Source: Stegostoma tigrinum (Eukaryota). Taken from it: a stretch of DNA of 64,000 nucleotides. Positions 50,301 through 63,820 of this stretch are shown piece after piece. The notes beneath the pieces are model-generated. The model ran no database searches, had not been told where the DNA came from, and was given only the letters and a program-made list of their open reading frames with translations. A program made the translations under genes and the position numbers. The number at the start of each line of letters is the position of its first letter. Within the stretch, counting starts at the first letter, position 1. The stretch is taken from NCBI RefSeq assembly GCF_030684315.1, contig NC_081369.1, positions 10,144,035 through 10,208,034 of the forward strand, given 5' to 3'.

Positions 50301-50400
50301 TCAGAGTCAAATCTGACGACATAAATCATATTCTATACTTTGCATTATAATTAGCATGGTGGTCTGCCACTGAACTCAGCAGGTTTCTGATTATATGTCG
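47350..50400 (-). mobile_element. Highly decayed Ty3/Gypsy LTR retrotransposon remnant (possibly Gmr1-like)
   Basis: Minus strand ~49540-49640 reads 'TLVPKFTKHGVAKYCISFEKVAWKMKW' (gag-like). ~47870-48135 reads 'AINAVL*Q..MGHFSKKHQNKQLTVEKETL..QIYID' (RNase H-like). Confidence 0.6.
48615..48960 (-). mobile_element. Older HE1-type V-SINE
   Basis: AATCCACCTAACCTGCACATTTTGGAC...CAAACTCCACACAGACAGTC V-domain, with a CR1-like tail ATAGAATCATAGAATCC. Confidence 0.8.
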
Positions 50401-50521
50401 ACAGAAAAAGAAAACGAGAAAAGTGAGGGCTGATTGGAGACTTGATTAACATTTATCAAATCAAGAAAGCAACTCAGCACCTCTGGTAGCATGTGTGGAG
50501 AAAGAAACAATGTTAATCTTA

Positions 50522-50524
50522 TGA

Positions 50525-50567
<43 letters not shown>

Positions 50568-50572
50568 AGAGA
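50522..50572. repeat. Compound (TG)n(AG)n microsatellite
   Basis: Read directly from the sequence. Confidence 0.95.
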
Positions 50573-50609
50573 AATGGCGGGTAGGTGGAAGGAAAAAATG
50601 AACACATTT

Positions 50610-51610
50610 TTAGGGTGTTACACACGTTGGAGCTGAAGTGGGTCATTCAATACATCAAGTCTACTTCACCTTTAATGAGGTTAAGGCAAATCTAATAATC
50701 CTCATCTTCGCTTTCCTGCCTTTTTGGGTAACTCTTGATTCTATTCTCTATTTAAAAACCTCCCAATCTCAACCTTGAATATCATGAAAGCCTCTGTGGT
50801 TAGGAATTCCAAAGCCCCACTACCCTCTGAGAGAAGAAATTATTTCACATCTCTGTCCTAAATGTGCAACTCCTAATTCTGATATTGTGCCCTCTATCCT
50901 AGGCTTTCCCACAAACAGAAACAACCTTTCAGCATCTAGCCTTTCAGGTACCTTACGAATCTTCAACTTTCAATAAAATTGCTTCTCACTTTAAATCCCA
51001 ATGATTAAAGGGTCACCCAACTTAACCTATCTTCATAAGACAGTGCCTCCATAGGCATCAGGTTAGTGAACATTCTCTGGACTGCCTCCAAAGTTAATAT
51101 ATATTTCCTTAGAAAATGGGTAGAGGACTGTTCACAGCTTTCCAGCTTTGGCCTGATTCCAACCTTGTAAAGATTTAGCAGTGTCTCTCTACATCTGTAT
51201 GCCATTCCCCTTGAAACAAAATGGCAACGTTCTGTTTGCCTTCCATATTAACTCTTGATCTTGGGTTCTAGCTTTTTGTGAATCATGAACAAGGACTCAA
51301 AAATATCTTTATTCTACAGCTTTTATTTTTACAGTTTTTTTTCAATTAAATATATTCCAGCTCTTTTATTCTTCCTGGAAATGTGTATTACCTCACTTTT
51401 TCAAATTATTACCCATTCATGTAACTTGTTCACATTCTTCTGCAAGCTCTGTGTCTTCCTCAAATAATTGGCTTCCCAACTATTTCTGTGCCATTTGCAA
51501 TCCTGGTTATAGAATATTCACTTACTTCATCTAAGACATGAATATATATTGTGAAAAATTGTGGCTACAGCACTGAGCCCCATCATGCTCCACGAGTTAT
51601 AGGTTTCCAT
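50610..51610 (-). mobile_element. Old CR1 ORF2 3' fragment
   Basis: 'LLNLYKVGIRPKLESC..LEAVQRMFT..LSYEDRL'. Confidence 0.7.
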
Positions 51611-52030
51611 GACGATCTGTGGAGGAGCGATGTGTAGCAAAGACGTGTTTATTAACCATACCAATAATAACAGCTTGATGTTCTGTGGGACCAAGTTCAA
51701 CGGTCAGACAAGAGGATGTGCCTGAAAGTTAGTGCTCAGTCTATAATAGTTGAATGACAGCATCACCATCCTTACCAGGAAACATAATAACAAATTCCAA
51801 GTTAGAACTGAGAAAATGGAGAGCAGAAAATTCAGAGGTGCACAGGTTACAGTATGCAGGGGGAGCAGAGAAGATAAGGCAGTTGGTGCTAAATTGACAA
51901 TTCTCAACGAAGAAGTCAAGCTGAAAGACTGAGGGAGGCATCAGGAGGAGACTTTTGGATGTGGGTGAAAGAATCCATGGAGAAGCATGGGGACACCTGC
52001 ACCAGAGTTCAACATGACGTTCTGCCTGAA

Positions 52031-52340
52031 ATTAGATTAGATTAGATTCCCTACGGTGTGGAAACAGGACCTTCGGCCCAACAAGTCCACACCGCCCCCT
52101 GAAGCACCCCACCCAAACCCAAACCCCTATAACCCACACACCCCTGAGCACTGCGGGCAATTTAGCACGGCCAATCCACCTAACCTGCACATCTTTGCAC
52201 TGCGGGAGGAAACCGGAGCACCCGGAGGAAACCCACGCAGACACGGGGAGAATGTGCAAACTCCACACAGACAGTCGCCCGAGGTGGGACTCGAACCCGG
52301 GTCCCTGGCGCTGTGAGGCTGCAGTGCTAGCCACTGTCAC
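52031..52340 (-). mobile_element. HE1-type tRNA-derived V-SINE, young copy
   Basis: Minus strand: A-box-like GTGGCTAGCACTGC, B box GGTTCGAGTCC, V-domain CTGTGTGGAGTTTGCACATTCTCCCCGTGTCTGCGTGGGTTTCCTCCGGGTGCTCCGGTTTCCTCCC, tail (AATCT)n. Confidence 0.9.
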
Positions 52341-53594
52341 TGAGATTGGGATGGCACAAAGGCAAAATGAAATTTTTGCTTAACAGTGATTGTTCACCAT
52401 ATGAGGGGAAGTTTAGAAACTGCAAAAACTAAAGTCACCGTCTTCGCAGACAATAGGGCTGCTCTCTCATTACACAGAGATTACTGGTGGTGGATTCAAC
52501 CTGAGGGTCTGCACACTTCATGCAGGGCAGAGGCTAAGAAAGAGAATTCTTCACGTTGACTTCAGTCAGTGCAGGAAATAACTCCGCGATTTTGACACCA
52601 CTCTCCATTACAAACCAACCATTCAGGGTGACTGACCCACGTGGATATAGGGAATACTCATAGGGTATAGTGAATGCGGTGAACATTGTGGAAACAGAAG
52701 AAGGGATGAAGTCATCGGGAAGGATGGGGAGGAAGTTTCCAGAATTGTACTGGTATCTGTAACTTTTTGGAACTTATATTCCTTAATACCTCAAAGAAAG
52801 AAAAAGTGATTCTAAAGCTGTGCATTAAACAAAGCATAAAATGGAACTGGTGAGTGGGGCAGTGCGAGGTGGTGTTGATTGAGAGAATGGTTAAGAGTGT
52901 GTTTGTGGTGACACATGGCACAGTGATGTGAACAGTGGGATGAGGTGGGAGTGGCTGAACATTATTGCTGCAATAGGGTTAGGGTTAGGGTCCAATTTTC
53001 TAGCTGCACCCCACCCCACTCCGCAATCGGGAAGTATGAAAGATTATGGACATCCCTCCTATTATTCCCACCTTCGCCTTCGTTTCCGCTCCATGAAACA
53101 AGTCATCTAAACCAAGCAACCTATCCACTCTTAGGAGAAACATCTTTTTCAGGACATTTTGGCCAGATTTGTTTGCACAATTTATTCCTTCCACGCTCAG
53201 AATTCGACATATGCTACATTGCATCATCTTCTTTGATAATCATCAATCAAAATATTGATTGTATTCTCTCATTTTGAATTATGCCTCAGAGTATAATTCG
53301 AGATTTTGCACCAATAGCTACCACAAAATCTTTGCCATTGGTTTACTGATCAATGGCTAGTAGAAGGCTTTTCAAAACTATTTAATTCCGGAAGCCTGTC
53401 AATTCTTATCCTTTCTTTAACAGTGTTGTTTTTATCTTCAATTCTGCGATCAATTTAATGTATTTGGTCTGCTTTGTGTATAAATGTATTTATGACTGTG
53501 TGAATTTGAATACGTGTATATTTATACCCGTATGTGAATACGTGCAAGACTGCCTATACATGCTGATACGTATTTATGTATATCTGTGTAGGTG

Positions 53595-53830
53595 TGGCAG
53601 TAACTCCGTTCATCCCGATTCTGACATCAACACGTTGTTGGTTTATCTGCATTGGCTCCTTTCCAAGCCTTGTCTTTATTTTAAAATTCTCATCTGCGTT
53701 CTCAAATCCTTCTCTAACCTTTTCTTGCTTCAATTCTGATCTCTTGTCCACCTGTAATTTTCATCGTTAATGGATATGCTCTGGGCTGCACAGTTGCAAA
53801 GCTCTGGAATTCAATTCAAAAAAGAAACTT
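53595..53830 (+). mobile_element. Old L2 LINE 3' fragment
   Basis: 'INTLLVYLHWLLSKPCLYFKILICVLKS' resembles the L2 C-terminal 'LHWLP....FKIL' motif. Confidence 0.6.
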
Positions 53831-55079
53831 TGCCTCTTTTAAAGCCTGCTGTTGTTCAAGCACCATTATGTGGTAGTGTTCAGTGGTTTAAAAAAGACGG
53901 TAATGAACTGCCTGATGATACTTCATACCTACCCCATATATTGCTTTTACCGCTGCATGTGTGTGTGCATTGTGCATAACCGCCTTTCTTTCCTTAAGTT
54001 TTTCTCACCTCAGTTCGTCCTTTTCCTTTTAAATTATTCTCATTTGTCATTTAATCCATTCTGATTAAAGACATTGGCTGCAAAGGAATGGATTTTCGGC
54101 GTCTTTTTTTCTACATTGCATAACTGCCGATCAAATGTGAACTCTTGAAAAATTATTTACGGAAATACATCAGAACGTTGTTTATTTTATAGTCAGCTAA
54201 TCATTGCAAATACTCGGAGAACAGAACTCCATCACGTCTAATAGCATTATAGAAACACTTGTGGTTACACTTTGTGCTCATCTCAGGACGTGCTGGTTAA
54301 CACCACGATCATGTTACCTCGTTTTCCCTTCGGAAAAGGTATAAATCAAGAAATTTCTTTGGAATTTCACATCTGTCATCCAATCAGCTCTAGAATAGCT
54401 CCACAATGTCTATATCTACTGATTCCCCAGCGTGATCATTCTGAAAGGTATCATGCGAAGCCAGCTTCCTGATTTTACCTCAGTCAACATTGCCATTATG
54501 AGTGTGTCTTCAGTTCAATGCCCGCTGCTGCTTCATCTTGGGCCATTTACCCGGCAGGCTTTGTCAGGGGTCTTCTATTTATCGGGACAGAAGTTAGGTG
54601 CCAAGTCTAATTCAGGCAAAACGGAATCAAAACCCCATAATTGGCGCTTGGTTGAAATACGCATTAGCGATCCCGCCAATTGAGCTAACCTGATGAATTA
54701 GTTACTGTCAATGTTCAATATAATTCACTTTAGAAAAAAGCAGCTTCCTTTTTTTCCTGTGAGAACACCTAATGGTGGATTTTTTTTCCCTTTTGCACTG
54801 ATTACTGTATAATTGAGTACATCCAGAGAAATAAGTCTCTCTTTATTAACTTGCATCAAGTCAGGAAGCAATTTGACAAAAAAGACAGTCGTATTCTGTT
54901 ATAATGGAGAATAACTTCACAGTTCAAAAGTTTCTCAGTTTGCTGAATTGTCATTTTTATAAGATTGGATATTCCAAAGGAATGTTATTGCTGTTATCGG
55001 AAATAGCGTGGCACAATTGATTTTGTGCTGCGTATTTTGTGGTTGTTCGAGTGCTTCACCGCCATTTCGACATGTTTAA

Positions 55080-55330
55080 CAGGTCTACGTTTGAAATGTT
55101 CCCACTGCAATGTTGGAAACATGGTGGTCAACAGGCACATTTTTTTTTTAAAAAGCCTCCACAAACAGAAACATCATAATTTGGAAATAAAATGCTTCTC
55201 TGCAGTTACTTGAGGGATAAATATTAGCCAGGACATAATCAATGCGATGAATGATTGTGCAAAACATCTTCTATGCACGTCTTTTTTTAATTTCACAAGA
55301 GGACAACATATTAGCATATCATCTATAAGT
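55080..55330 (-). mobile_element. Ancient DeuSINE-like fragment
   Basis: TTGAGGGATAAATATTAGCCAGGACA (~55210-55235) resembles the Deu core domain. A related stretch lies at ~35745-35825. Confidence 0.5.
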
Positions 55331-57104
55331 ACATCACTGCCTGGCTGCGGAGCAACACACAAGCAACAAGACACAATGTCGTGTTATTAGGTTCTTGCCT
55401 CTCATCTCCATTTACTCAGTAATTTACTGCAAAGGAAAACATAATACAATTGTCGCTGGAGTATGCAGGTTCAAAAATGGAATGGTCATTCAATGCTCTG
55501 AATTCCACTAAAATCCTGGCTCTGGGCTAACATTGGGAAATGGGGATAGTTTTCCATGGGAGGAGACTTTGTAGCTTAATGCTTCCGACTATCCCTTCAA
55601 AATAAGGTCCTTTATGCACATTCAATTCAATAACTTGCAAGCGTCTTTGGGAAATGCGAAATTCCAACCAATTTCACATATGTCATCAATTTCTCCTAGG
55701 TGAAATAAGTAAGTTTTGTTCTAATATAGCATTTCATTAACTTGGTTTTGAAATATCGCTACTTGTGCCACAGGCAAAAGTGGAAACAGACTTCTTCATT
55801 GCAAAATCTTATTACCGGCAGTAGATTAAAGAAATCACTTGCATACACTTGTGACGTTCTCTAAAGCCTTCACATCTCTGAAGTACTTCTGAACTTTTGA
55901 CAACAGTTGTGGTGTGATACATATATGAAAGACAAGTAGCAATCTTGTGAATGACACGCACAAAAATTAGGTAGGCTAGAAGTATCAATTCTGAACGGTT
56001 TCGGTCAGAACACCAAAAGAACTCTTTGAAGCAGATGAACATTTATTATATGAATGTCTAAAAAGTATATCAGGGAAAAGACACGTGAACAAGAGACATT
56101 TGTTTTATTAACACATGGGACATGGGAAGTTAGCACTGCTGACTTACCAGCATTCATTGCCAATCATTAGCTACGCTTGAAAAGGTGGTGGTGAGCTGCC
56201 TTCCTGAACTGCTGCAATTCACGTGCTGCAGGATGATCCACACACGCACACACAAGCGATCCCGTCATTATCGCAACGTTAATTCGGGAAGTTATCGGTA
56301 CGCGCGAGTTGGCTGTGCCGTCTTCTACATCACAGCTATGACTACACTTTCGAAGTTGGCTGTAAGCCACGTTGGGAAGTCCAATAAGTGTGAAAGACGC
56401 GATATGAGTATATTTTGCTGTAGCGAAACACTAGCTCGACATCAAGGCAATTGGAATTTTTCTGTCAAGTAATAAATTCAAATATTTCCTTTCACTTTTA
56501 TTTCATCGTGAAATACTGTTTGGCCTGTTTATATCCCTAAAGCAGACTGACGAGAAAAGGTCGGTATTTTCTTGCGAAGTAGTGTCTGTCTGCAGATGTA
56601 ACCGATGGAAATGTATACCATATCTTGCCTCACCTATGACTTGATGAGTGATGAACGTCATTACTTTCAAGCTATAAGTTGTGGTTTGTCTTCTTACGCG
56701 ACATCGGTGATTTATTGCAAAGCAATAATGTATGGTGGTCATAACTGTGCATCTAACCTTTAATAGATAAACATGTTTAAAAATATTTTTAAAATGCCAG
56801 TAAGTGAAGTTGACTTTGGAGTCTGAAGAGTGACAATTGCTAGCTGTACGTCTCTGCACTGCGGAATGATAAGTGTTGAAAAACAATTTTCACCTTTACT
56901 TTGCCTTCCAGGAGCGGGGTTTAATTGAATTCCAGTTCGAGTTTTTGGTTGTCCTAACGCTATCGAGGCACATTGCGATCTTCAGGGTAAAACCTTGCTG
57001 TTTTGCGCAGGAGAATTGGCGGAGTAGGTGGACAGGACATTCAATCAATTAAGATGATCCCCAAATGCGAAGGGAAATGATCTCATTCTGCAACAAAACA
57101 ATCC

Positions 57105-57235
57105 CGCAAAGAACTGCGGATGCTGGAAACCAGAAACAAAAACAGAAATTGTTGGAAAAAGCTCAGCAGGTCAAGCAGCATCTGTGGAGAAAAAGCGAGT
57201 TAACGTTTCGGCCAGCCACCCTTCTTCAGAACTGA
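57105..57235 (-). mobile_element. Single-arm Penelope terminal repeat with hammerhead core
   Basis: Minus strand: AGTT CTGAAGA AGGGTGGCTGGCC GAAAC GTT AACT. Confidence 0.65.
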
Positions 57236-60200
57236 GCTTATTTTGTATTTGAAACGTTAATTATTAATATAGAAGATTAATGAAAGGATATTTAACCTGA
57301 TTTGCAAAGATAGCCTGAAAAATAAAGTAATGAGTGATGTTTGGATTCAATTTAATTGGATGTTTTGACATATATATTTATAAAACTATGAATGTGTACA
57401 TCAGTTTGCAAAAAGAACAACATCTATATGTGACACAGACTTCAAAGAATTATGTACCCACATCCTCAAGTCCCTCTGTTCGATGACACCACTGAAGGCC
57501 CTACTAATAAGCCCTACCCTTGTGTGTTGCATCAAAATTAAAAGTCTTGAATGTATCCAGATTGAACTTCCTCTGCCATTTTTTTAGTCCATTCAACCTT
57601 TTGATCAAGATCCCTTTGTGATTTTAGAAAATCCTCTTCACTGCCCACTATGCCACCAGTCTTGGTATAGTGCACGAACGTACTAACCATGACTTCTAAA
57701 TTTTCATCCAAATCTATGTATAAATGACAAATAAAAGAGTACCCAGAACTGATCCATGTGGGACGCAGCTGGCGACAGCCCTTCAACTCGAAAAGCAATT
57801 CTCCATCACCAATCTGCCTCCACTGTTAAGCCAATTCTATATCCAGTTGGCAAGCTCACCCTGAATTCCATGTGACCTAACTTTACTAGTTATTCTACCA
57901 TGTTGAACCTTGTCAAAAGCTTTACCTTTGTTGCTTCCCCTTAGACATTGTTGACAATTCATCATCTTCATTTTACTTAGTTACACCTGTCACTCATTAG
58001 CCTACATGCTGTTATAATCCATGAAGATAATCTTCTGTTTGCCACTCCAAGTTTGGCTTCATCAGCAAGTTTTTAAATTTGATTCTGTATTCCAATATCC
58101 ATGTCATTTATGAGCAGCAACAGTTTGACTTTATTGGTTTGGTTTCTCTCAGTGTTTCCACCTTCACCCTTCTTATATTTTACTAGTGTTCTGTTTGAAT
58201 CTTGATCTGAAAGGTGTTTGTCTCGTAGTGTAATCTACTTAAAGAAACAGGTTAATGCTTAAATGAAACCAGTGGGTAGAAGAATTCCATCTAGATCTTT
58301 GAATTTCTTTACCTAACTGCAGCTGATCCATATTATTTGTTGAATTTTTCATTCTCGATGGAATATATCTTCATTGAGTTTACTGGTGGAGCACTGGTTT
58401 TCAGATCTTTGCTATTGAGATTACTTCCTCGTGCAACTTCGTCAATTCTGTCATTGCATCTTTGCAATTGTCTTGTATTTAAGTTTCAGACTCAGCTCGT
58501 GGACCCAAGATTTTTAAATTTCAAAACAAATGTGAAAATCCTTTACATTATGATTACTTTCCTGGTGGTTCATTTGTTGCAATATCGTCAAAAAAATGTT
58601 CTCATTCAATGTTACCTGTAATAAATTGTTTTGCCCCACAAAACATTGATCTTTGAAGTTGCCGTGAATAAATCCTATGAACAGCTTCTCAAGTCAAGTA
58701 GCCCCTCGACCTTTACAACTTCAGAGATAAAGGTTGAATTTACTCAGCCTCTCATTATTGGTCACCCACCTCATCTCAGGGACAAATTTATTGAAGGTTC
58801 ACTGTGCAGTCTCAGTATGAATACATCCTACCTAAAACAAACAAACAAAAAAGTGCATGCACTGAAATCTGAAACATAAGAAGGAATTGCTGGAAAAACC
58901 CAGCAGATCTGCAGCATCTGTGGAGAGAAAACAGAGTTAGCATTTTGGGTCCAGTGAATCTCCTTCAGAAATGTTTATCTAGAAATTTCTGTTTTTGCTT
59001 CATCCTTCCTTGAAGTTGAAAGTAAAGTGCATACAATTTCCAGAAGTTGTCTCGCCAAAGCCTGGCAGAATTGGAGCAGGATTTCTTTCTTCCTTTTGCT
59101 CTAAACCTCTCAGAATAAAATTTAATGTGTCTTTAACCTTCCTAATAATTTACTGTATCTGCATTCTGTCTTTCTGTGTTGCTTGTATAAGTGCACCCAT
59201 GTCTCGCTGAGCGTCAGTATTTACAATTTGCTGGTATTAAGACTAAACTCACCTACAACTATTGCAGTACTTTTCTTTTACCATTAGTTCTATGTATTAA
59301 CTTCTTTAAAAGAAGCTGCAAATTTGTGGACTATAAACTACCTCATTTATAACTTCTTCTCCTTATTGTTTCTTATTTTAACCCACAGAATTTTCTTCCT
59401 GACTAATGTAATTTCTCATGACTGTACAGATCATTCATTTATTAGCAGAGCCGAGACATCTCCTTTCGCTTTAATGTTATCCTGCTACAATGTCACACAC
59501 CCATTAACATTCAATATCTAGTCTTGGTTACCTTGCAACCATGTCTCTGTAATGTCTATCACATCATAGTTGTCTCTTTGTATTCACATGATCAATTCGT
59601 CAAACTTGTTGTAAATTCTAGCTAGATTCAACTGAAGAGCACTTAATCTGACTATGTACCTTTTCATTTAGTTTTGCTACATCAGAAAACACAGATATAT
59701 TGCTCCCTGTCTCTTTATCTAAATAGTTTAAATAGATTGCAGATAGCACATTTCCTTGCTTGCAGTAATGGCACCTTGCTTTTACAAGGCGGAGGTTGAC
59801 CCCCACTGAGAATGAAATTTGCATGGATTTCAAGGGTTCTGGGATCACTATTTCCCACCAGACCTTGCACTATGACATTATCAATTAATAATACCTCATT
59901 ATACAACATTAAATCTATGATCATGTCATTCAGAGGCAGTTTTAAAATGTGCAGCTGCCGGCATCTATCAAAGACATTCTACAAATTTCCCTTCCAGATC
60001 ATCCTTACCAATTCTATTGACACAGCTATGTGAAAGTTAAATTTTCGCATGATTAATAGATTTCCTTTGTAACAAGCTCCAAAGTGTTAGTTCGTTGCTT
60101 GATCCATAATAGATTTTCTGTTATGTGTACTCCAAATTGATGCCACTATCATTTTTTGAATCCTGTGTTTTGTGATTTTATTACTTACATTATTATATCA

Positions 60201-60970
60201 TCCCATATTATCAGAGCCACCCTCCTCTTTTAAAATTCTGAATTCCTTTTAAAATGTGTGTACCCTGGAATATTTATTTCCCGACCGTGATCACCTTTTA
60301 GCCATGTCCCAATAGTAATGATGAAATCCAAAGTATTTACGTACCCAAAATTGTGTAATTATCACATCTCATTTAACGAAGATCTTTCAAGTATTTAGAA
60401 AAAAAACAACCATTAATTTCACTGTTGTACTTCTCATTCCAAAAATAAATAAGGAAAGTACGGTTAACCATTTCACTGTCTCATTCTATTCTCTTGATGT
60501 CTTATTCTATCTCTTTCAGTTGCTAAATCTTGCTTCACCATATTTATCTCTACTCTTTTAATACCCGAATAGAGTTCTCATTATTTGATTGCCCAGGACA
60601 CTTGCCCCACTCAGTTTTAATAGTGCCCATCTAAATGAAATGGATTCCTGTTTCCTAAATAATCAGTATCCCTTTCCCCAACAGCGTAGTTTGCACTGTG
60701 TGTTGAAGTCGCTAACCTACTGAGTACTATTCCAATTGGCACATGGCTCGATACCTGATAATTTCTCCACTTTTAAGTTGGACATTTACTTCTAAACTTC
60801 TCTCAGTAGAACATCATTCTTTGTTGTACCTATATCATTGGTTCCCACAAAAACTAGATTCCCTCCTGCCACTGTAGGTTTCTTCTCAGTCATGAGGAGA
60901 TGTCCTTCTTCTTGGAGCTTAGCATATAGCAAAGAATTTGGACTTGACAGTGTCAGCTGCCAATGGTAAT

Positions 60971-61829
60971 GGCAGACCAACAGGAGGCTGGAAGAGCACG
61001 ACAAACCGGGCCGCATCTGAAAGAAAGGAGAAGTCAATGTTTTGGGTATTACCTTTCTTCAGGAATGGATGTGGGGTGGGGGGGGTCTGCAGGTAAAGAG
61101 GGGAGGGTAAGAGAGTAGCAGAATGGTGCTTATAGGTAGACACCAGTAGTAGGTACAACCAGGTTTGTTGATGAGAGGGATGAATCGAATTGGTAGCTGG
61201 AAGGGAGGGTCAGTAGGTGGAATGGAATACAGGAGGTGGGGCTGGAAAGGGTACTGGGAATGGGTGGGAATGTTACTTGAAATTAGAGAACTCAGTGTTG
61301 AGTCCTCTGGGCTATAAAGTGCCTACATGGAAGTGAAGGTGTTCCTCAAATTTGCATTCTAAATTGCTATGACACTGGAGGAGGTTGAGGATGGACGTGT
61401 CAGAGAGAGAGTGGGGCGAGGTGGGGCGTGAGAAGTTGAAATGAGCAGTGACTGGGATGTTAGGCTGACCACTATGCACCATGTGAAGATGTGTGGCAAA
61501 CACTAGTCAGCTAGTCTGTGTTTGGCCCTACTGATGTAGAGAAGACTACATCAGTATCACTGGATGCAGTAGATTAGGTTGGGGAAGATGCAAGTGAAGC
61601 TGTGTCTCACCTGGAAGAATTGTTTAGGACCCTGCATGGAGGTGAAGGAGGTAGTGTGTGAGCCAGTGTTGCATGTTTTATGATTACAATGGAAGGTATT
61701 GAGGGAGTTTGAGTGGGTGGTGGGGAATGCGTCATGAACTAAGGGGTGAAGGGAAAGGCCATGATGGAAGGCAAAGAGGGGTGGGGAGTGGTAGATGTTT
61801 CAGGTGATGGGTCTGATTGTAGTTGGCGC
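60971..61829 (-). mobile_element. Penelope-like fragment with 14-bp TSD
   Basis: GIY-YIG C-terminus 'FATHL..PVTAHFN..SILNLLQC..EEHLHFHVGTL'. CTG(C/T)CAATGGTAAT at 60957-60970 and 61830-61843. The paralogous empty site is at ~12523-12536. Confidence 0.8.
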
Positions 61830-62558
61830 CTGTCAATGGTAATCATACTTTCCCAGGCTGTGATGTACAAGTGCTTCAGTTTAACATCTAAGCATCTGGG
61901 AAGCTCCAATTTTTTGAACAATTTGAATATGAAAGTCCTGAATTGGAGATCTCTCCTCCTTTTCAATTTATTAGCCTGAATGCATGTTTTGGTCAATTAC
62001 TAAAACACAGCAAAGCACTGTGATTATTTTTAAAAACTTTGGGTAGGGCAAGGAAGTAGGTGCTAAATTTACCCCATTCAGCAAGGATGTAACTGACGGA
62101 ACCAAATGCAGAGGAGATCTATTGAAATGGTATCAATAATGAAGAACATCAGTTACACAGTTTAGACTAGACAATTTATGATTGTTTTGCTCAGGGCAGA
62201 GAAAGATAAGAGATGATTTATTAAAGTTATTCACAGTTATGTAAAGTTTCAAAAAATAAATAAGGGAAGTATGATTCCAATTGTGCATCTGTCAATATCC
62301 AAAGGATACATGTATAATTACTGACAGAATAATCATGGGAAGATGAATGTTTATTTTATGGAGCTATCTGCTGTTCTTCAAAATATACTTCCTTAATAAG
62401 TAGCAGAAGCAGAGTCAATTCAAAGTTAAAAAAGGAAGGAGACTTCCTTTAAAAAATGCAAAAAATATAGTGCTAGGGATTGCAACTCTCAGATGATTGC
62501 AATACTTCTTGCTATTCGTACTCAACTGGTTTTCTGTTTAGAAACATGGTCAGCTTAT

Positions 62559-62602
62559 TGGCTGTTGAGCTTCACCATCCTCCACAGAATTTCTCATACA
62601 AC
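62559..62602 (-). pseudogene. Copy 3 cytoplasmic exon 1 (both splice sites mutated)
   Basis: Minus strand: TTTCTTTAC|GT TGT ATG AGA AAT TCT GTG GAG GAT GGT GAA GCT CAA CAG CCA|ATAAGC. 44 nt; AG to AC and GT to AT. Confidence 0.75.
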
Positions 62603-63697
62603 GTAAAGAAAAGAAAAAAACACCTATATTGATTGTAAATTATTAAAATACAAATATAACAATAAATGTATGAATATATTGGAGCTGATTCGGAGCAACT
62701 TCAGTCAATTGACACCTGGGATGATTGGATTGTCGTAGGAGGATAAGTTGGATGAGAGAGACTTCTTTCACTGGAGTTAGGATGAGAAAAAGATGACTTG
62801 ATTGCAATGTGTTGCAGATTGCAAACTTTAAACGATTTGTCAGGTGGACGTAAAAAGAATGCTTTCTCATGCGGATATATCCAGAAACATGGAATACAAT
62901 TAACCAATTGGATATTGTCCTTTATAGACAGAGAAAAAGAGGCCTTTTTTGAATCACAGAAGATTGTGCCAGTTTGGAATTCCCTGCAATAGAAGATGGT
63001 GGTGATGGCATGATTGAATATTCTAAAGGCAGAAATAATTAGGTTCTTGTTAGTTAAGTGGAATGAAAGGTTTATAGAGATAATTACGTATGTGGAATTC
63101 CAAACATTAATTGATCAACCATTATCTTATTGAATGATGGAGACGCTGAAGGGGCTGAAAGGTCCACTTGTGCTTTTAACTCATATGCATGCTTGTGTTA
63201 ATAATTCACTGAGGAATACCAGTGCCCTGCATTTCGAAGGTTTACAGCTCAATATGTAGTATATTAACATTGCAAACCCTGCCTTTGCTTTACCCATAAC
63301 AGAGCAGACATTTCCTCTTGTAGTATGGTGAATTGAAGTCTACTTTGTATTGCAAAATTACTTTGGAAAGACAATCTGGGAGTAAAGTGGAACAGTTTGG
63401 AGACTCTGATATCATTTCAAAATTAATACACTCGCGTTAGTAATGTTAGAAGTGGGAGGCCGGGTATAAAACGAGTAAAGAGTTCGAATGAGGAGATGAA
63501 ATAAATCCGGTTTATATTGACAAGTTAAACTGCTAATTATGTTATGCCATATGATAGCAATTCATTCTTTAAAGTTGTAGGAAAGTGGAAACTATTCCTT
63601 TATAGTTAATCACTATTCATCTGCTCTTAATGTCACCTAACAAGTATCATAGGACCCGGAAACTAAAAATATTCAGCGAAGTAGCCAAAGTTCTCAC

Positions 63698-63820
63698 CAG
63701 ATGATGCCTTTAACTCGATGCTCGTCCAAATGGTTATTAACTGTAAAATTACCAGCATGCTACCTGCCCATCTAGAGATGAGCAGATAATTGAGATCTTT
63801 ACCGACAGGATCAATAACAT
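63698..63820 (-). pseudogene. Copy 3 transmembrane exon
   Basis: Minus strand: VIDPVGKDLNYLLISRWAGSMLVILQLITIWTSIELKASS G|GTGAGA. Donor intact; acceptor appears to be AA. Confidence 0.8.

Noticed and set aside
52974-52990. TAGGGTTAGGGTTAGGG telomere-like repeat
   Set aside because: Only about three units, too short to call an interstitial telomere.
53770-53979. ORF with Ig-like 'VQWFKKDGNELP'
   Set aside because: Overlaps an L2 remnant and lacks the flanking Ig cysteine motifs and splice sites; probably chance.
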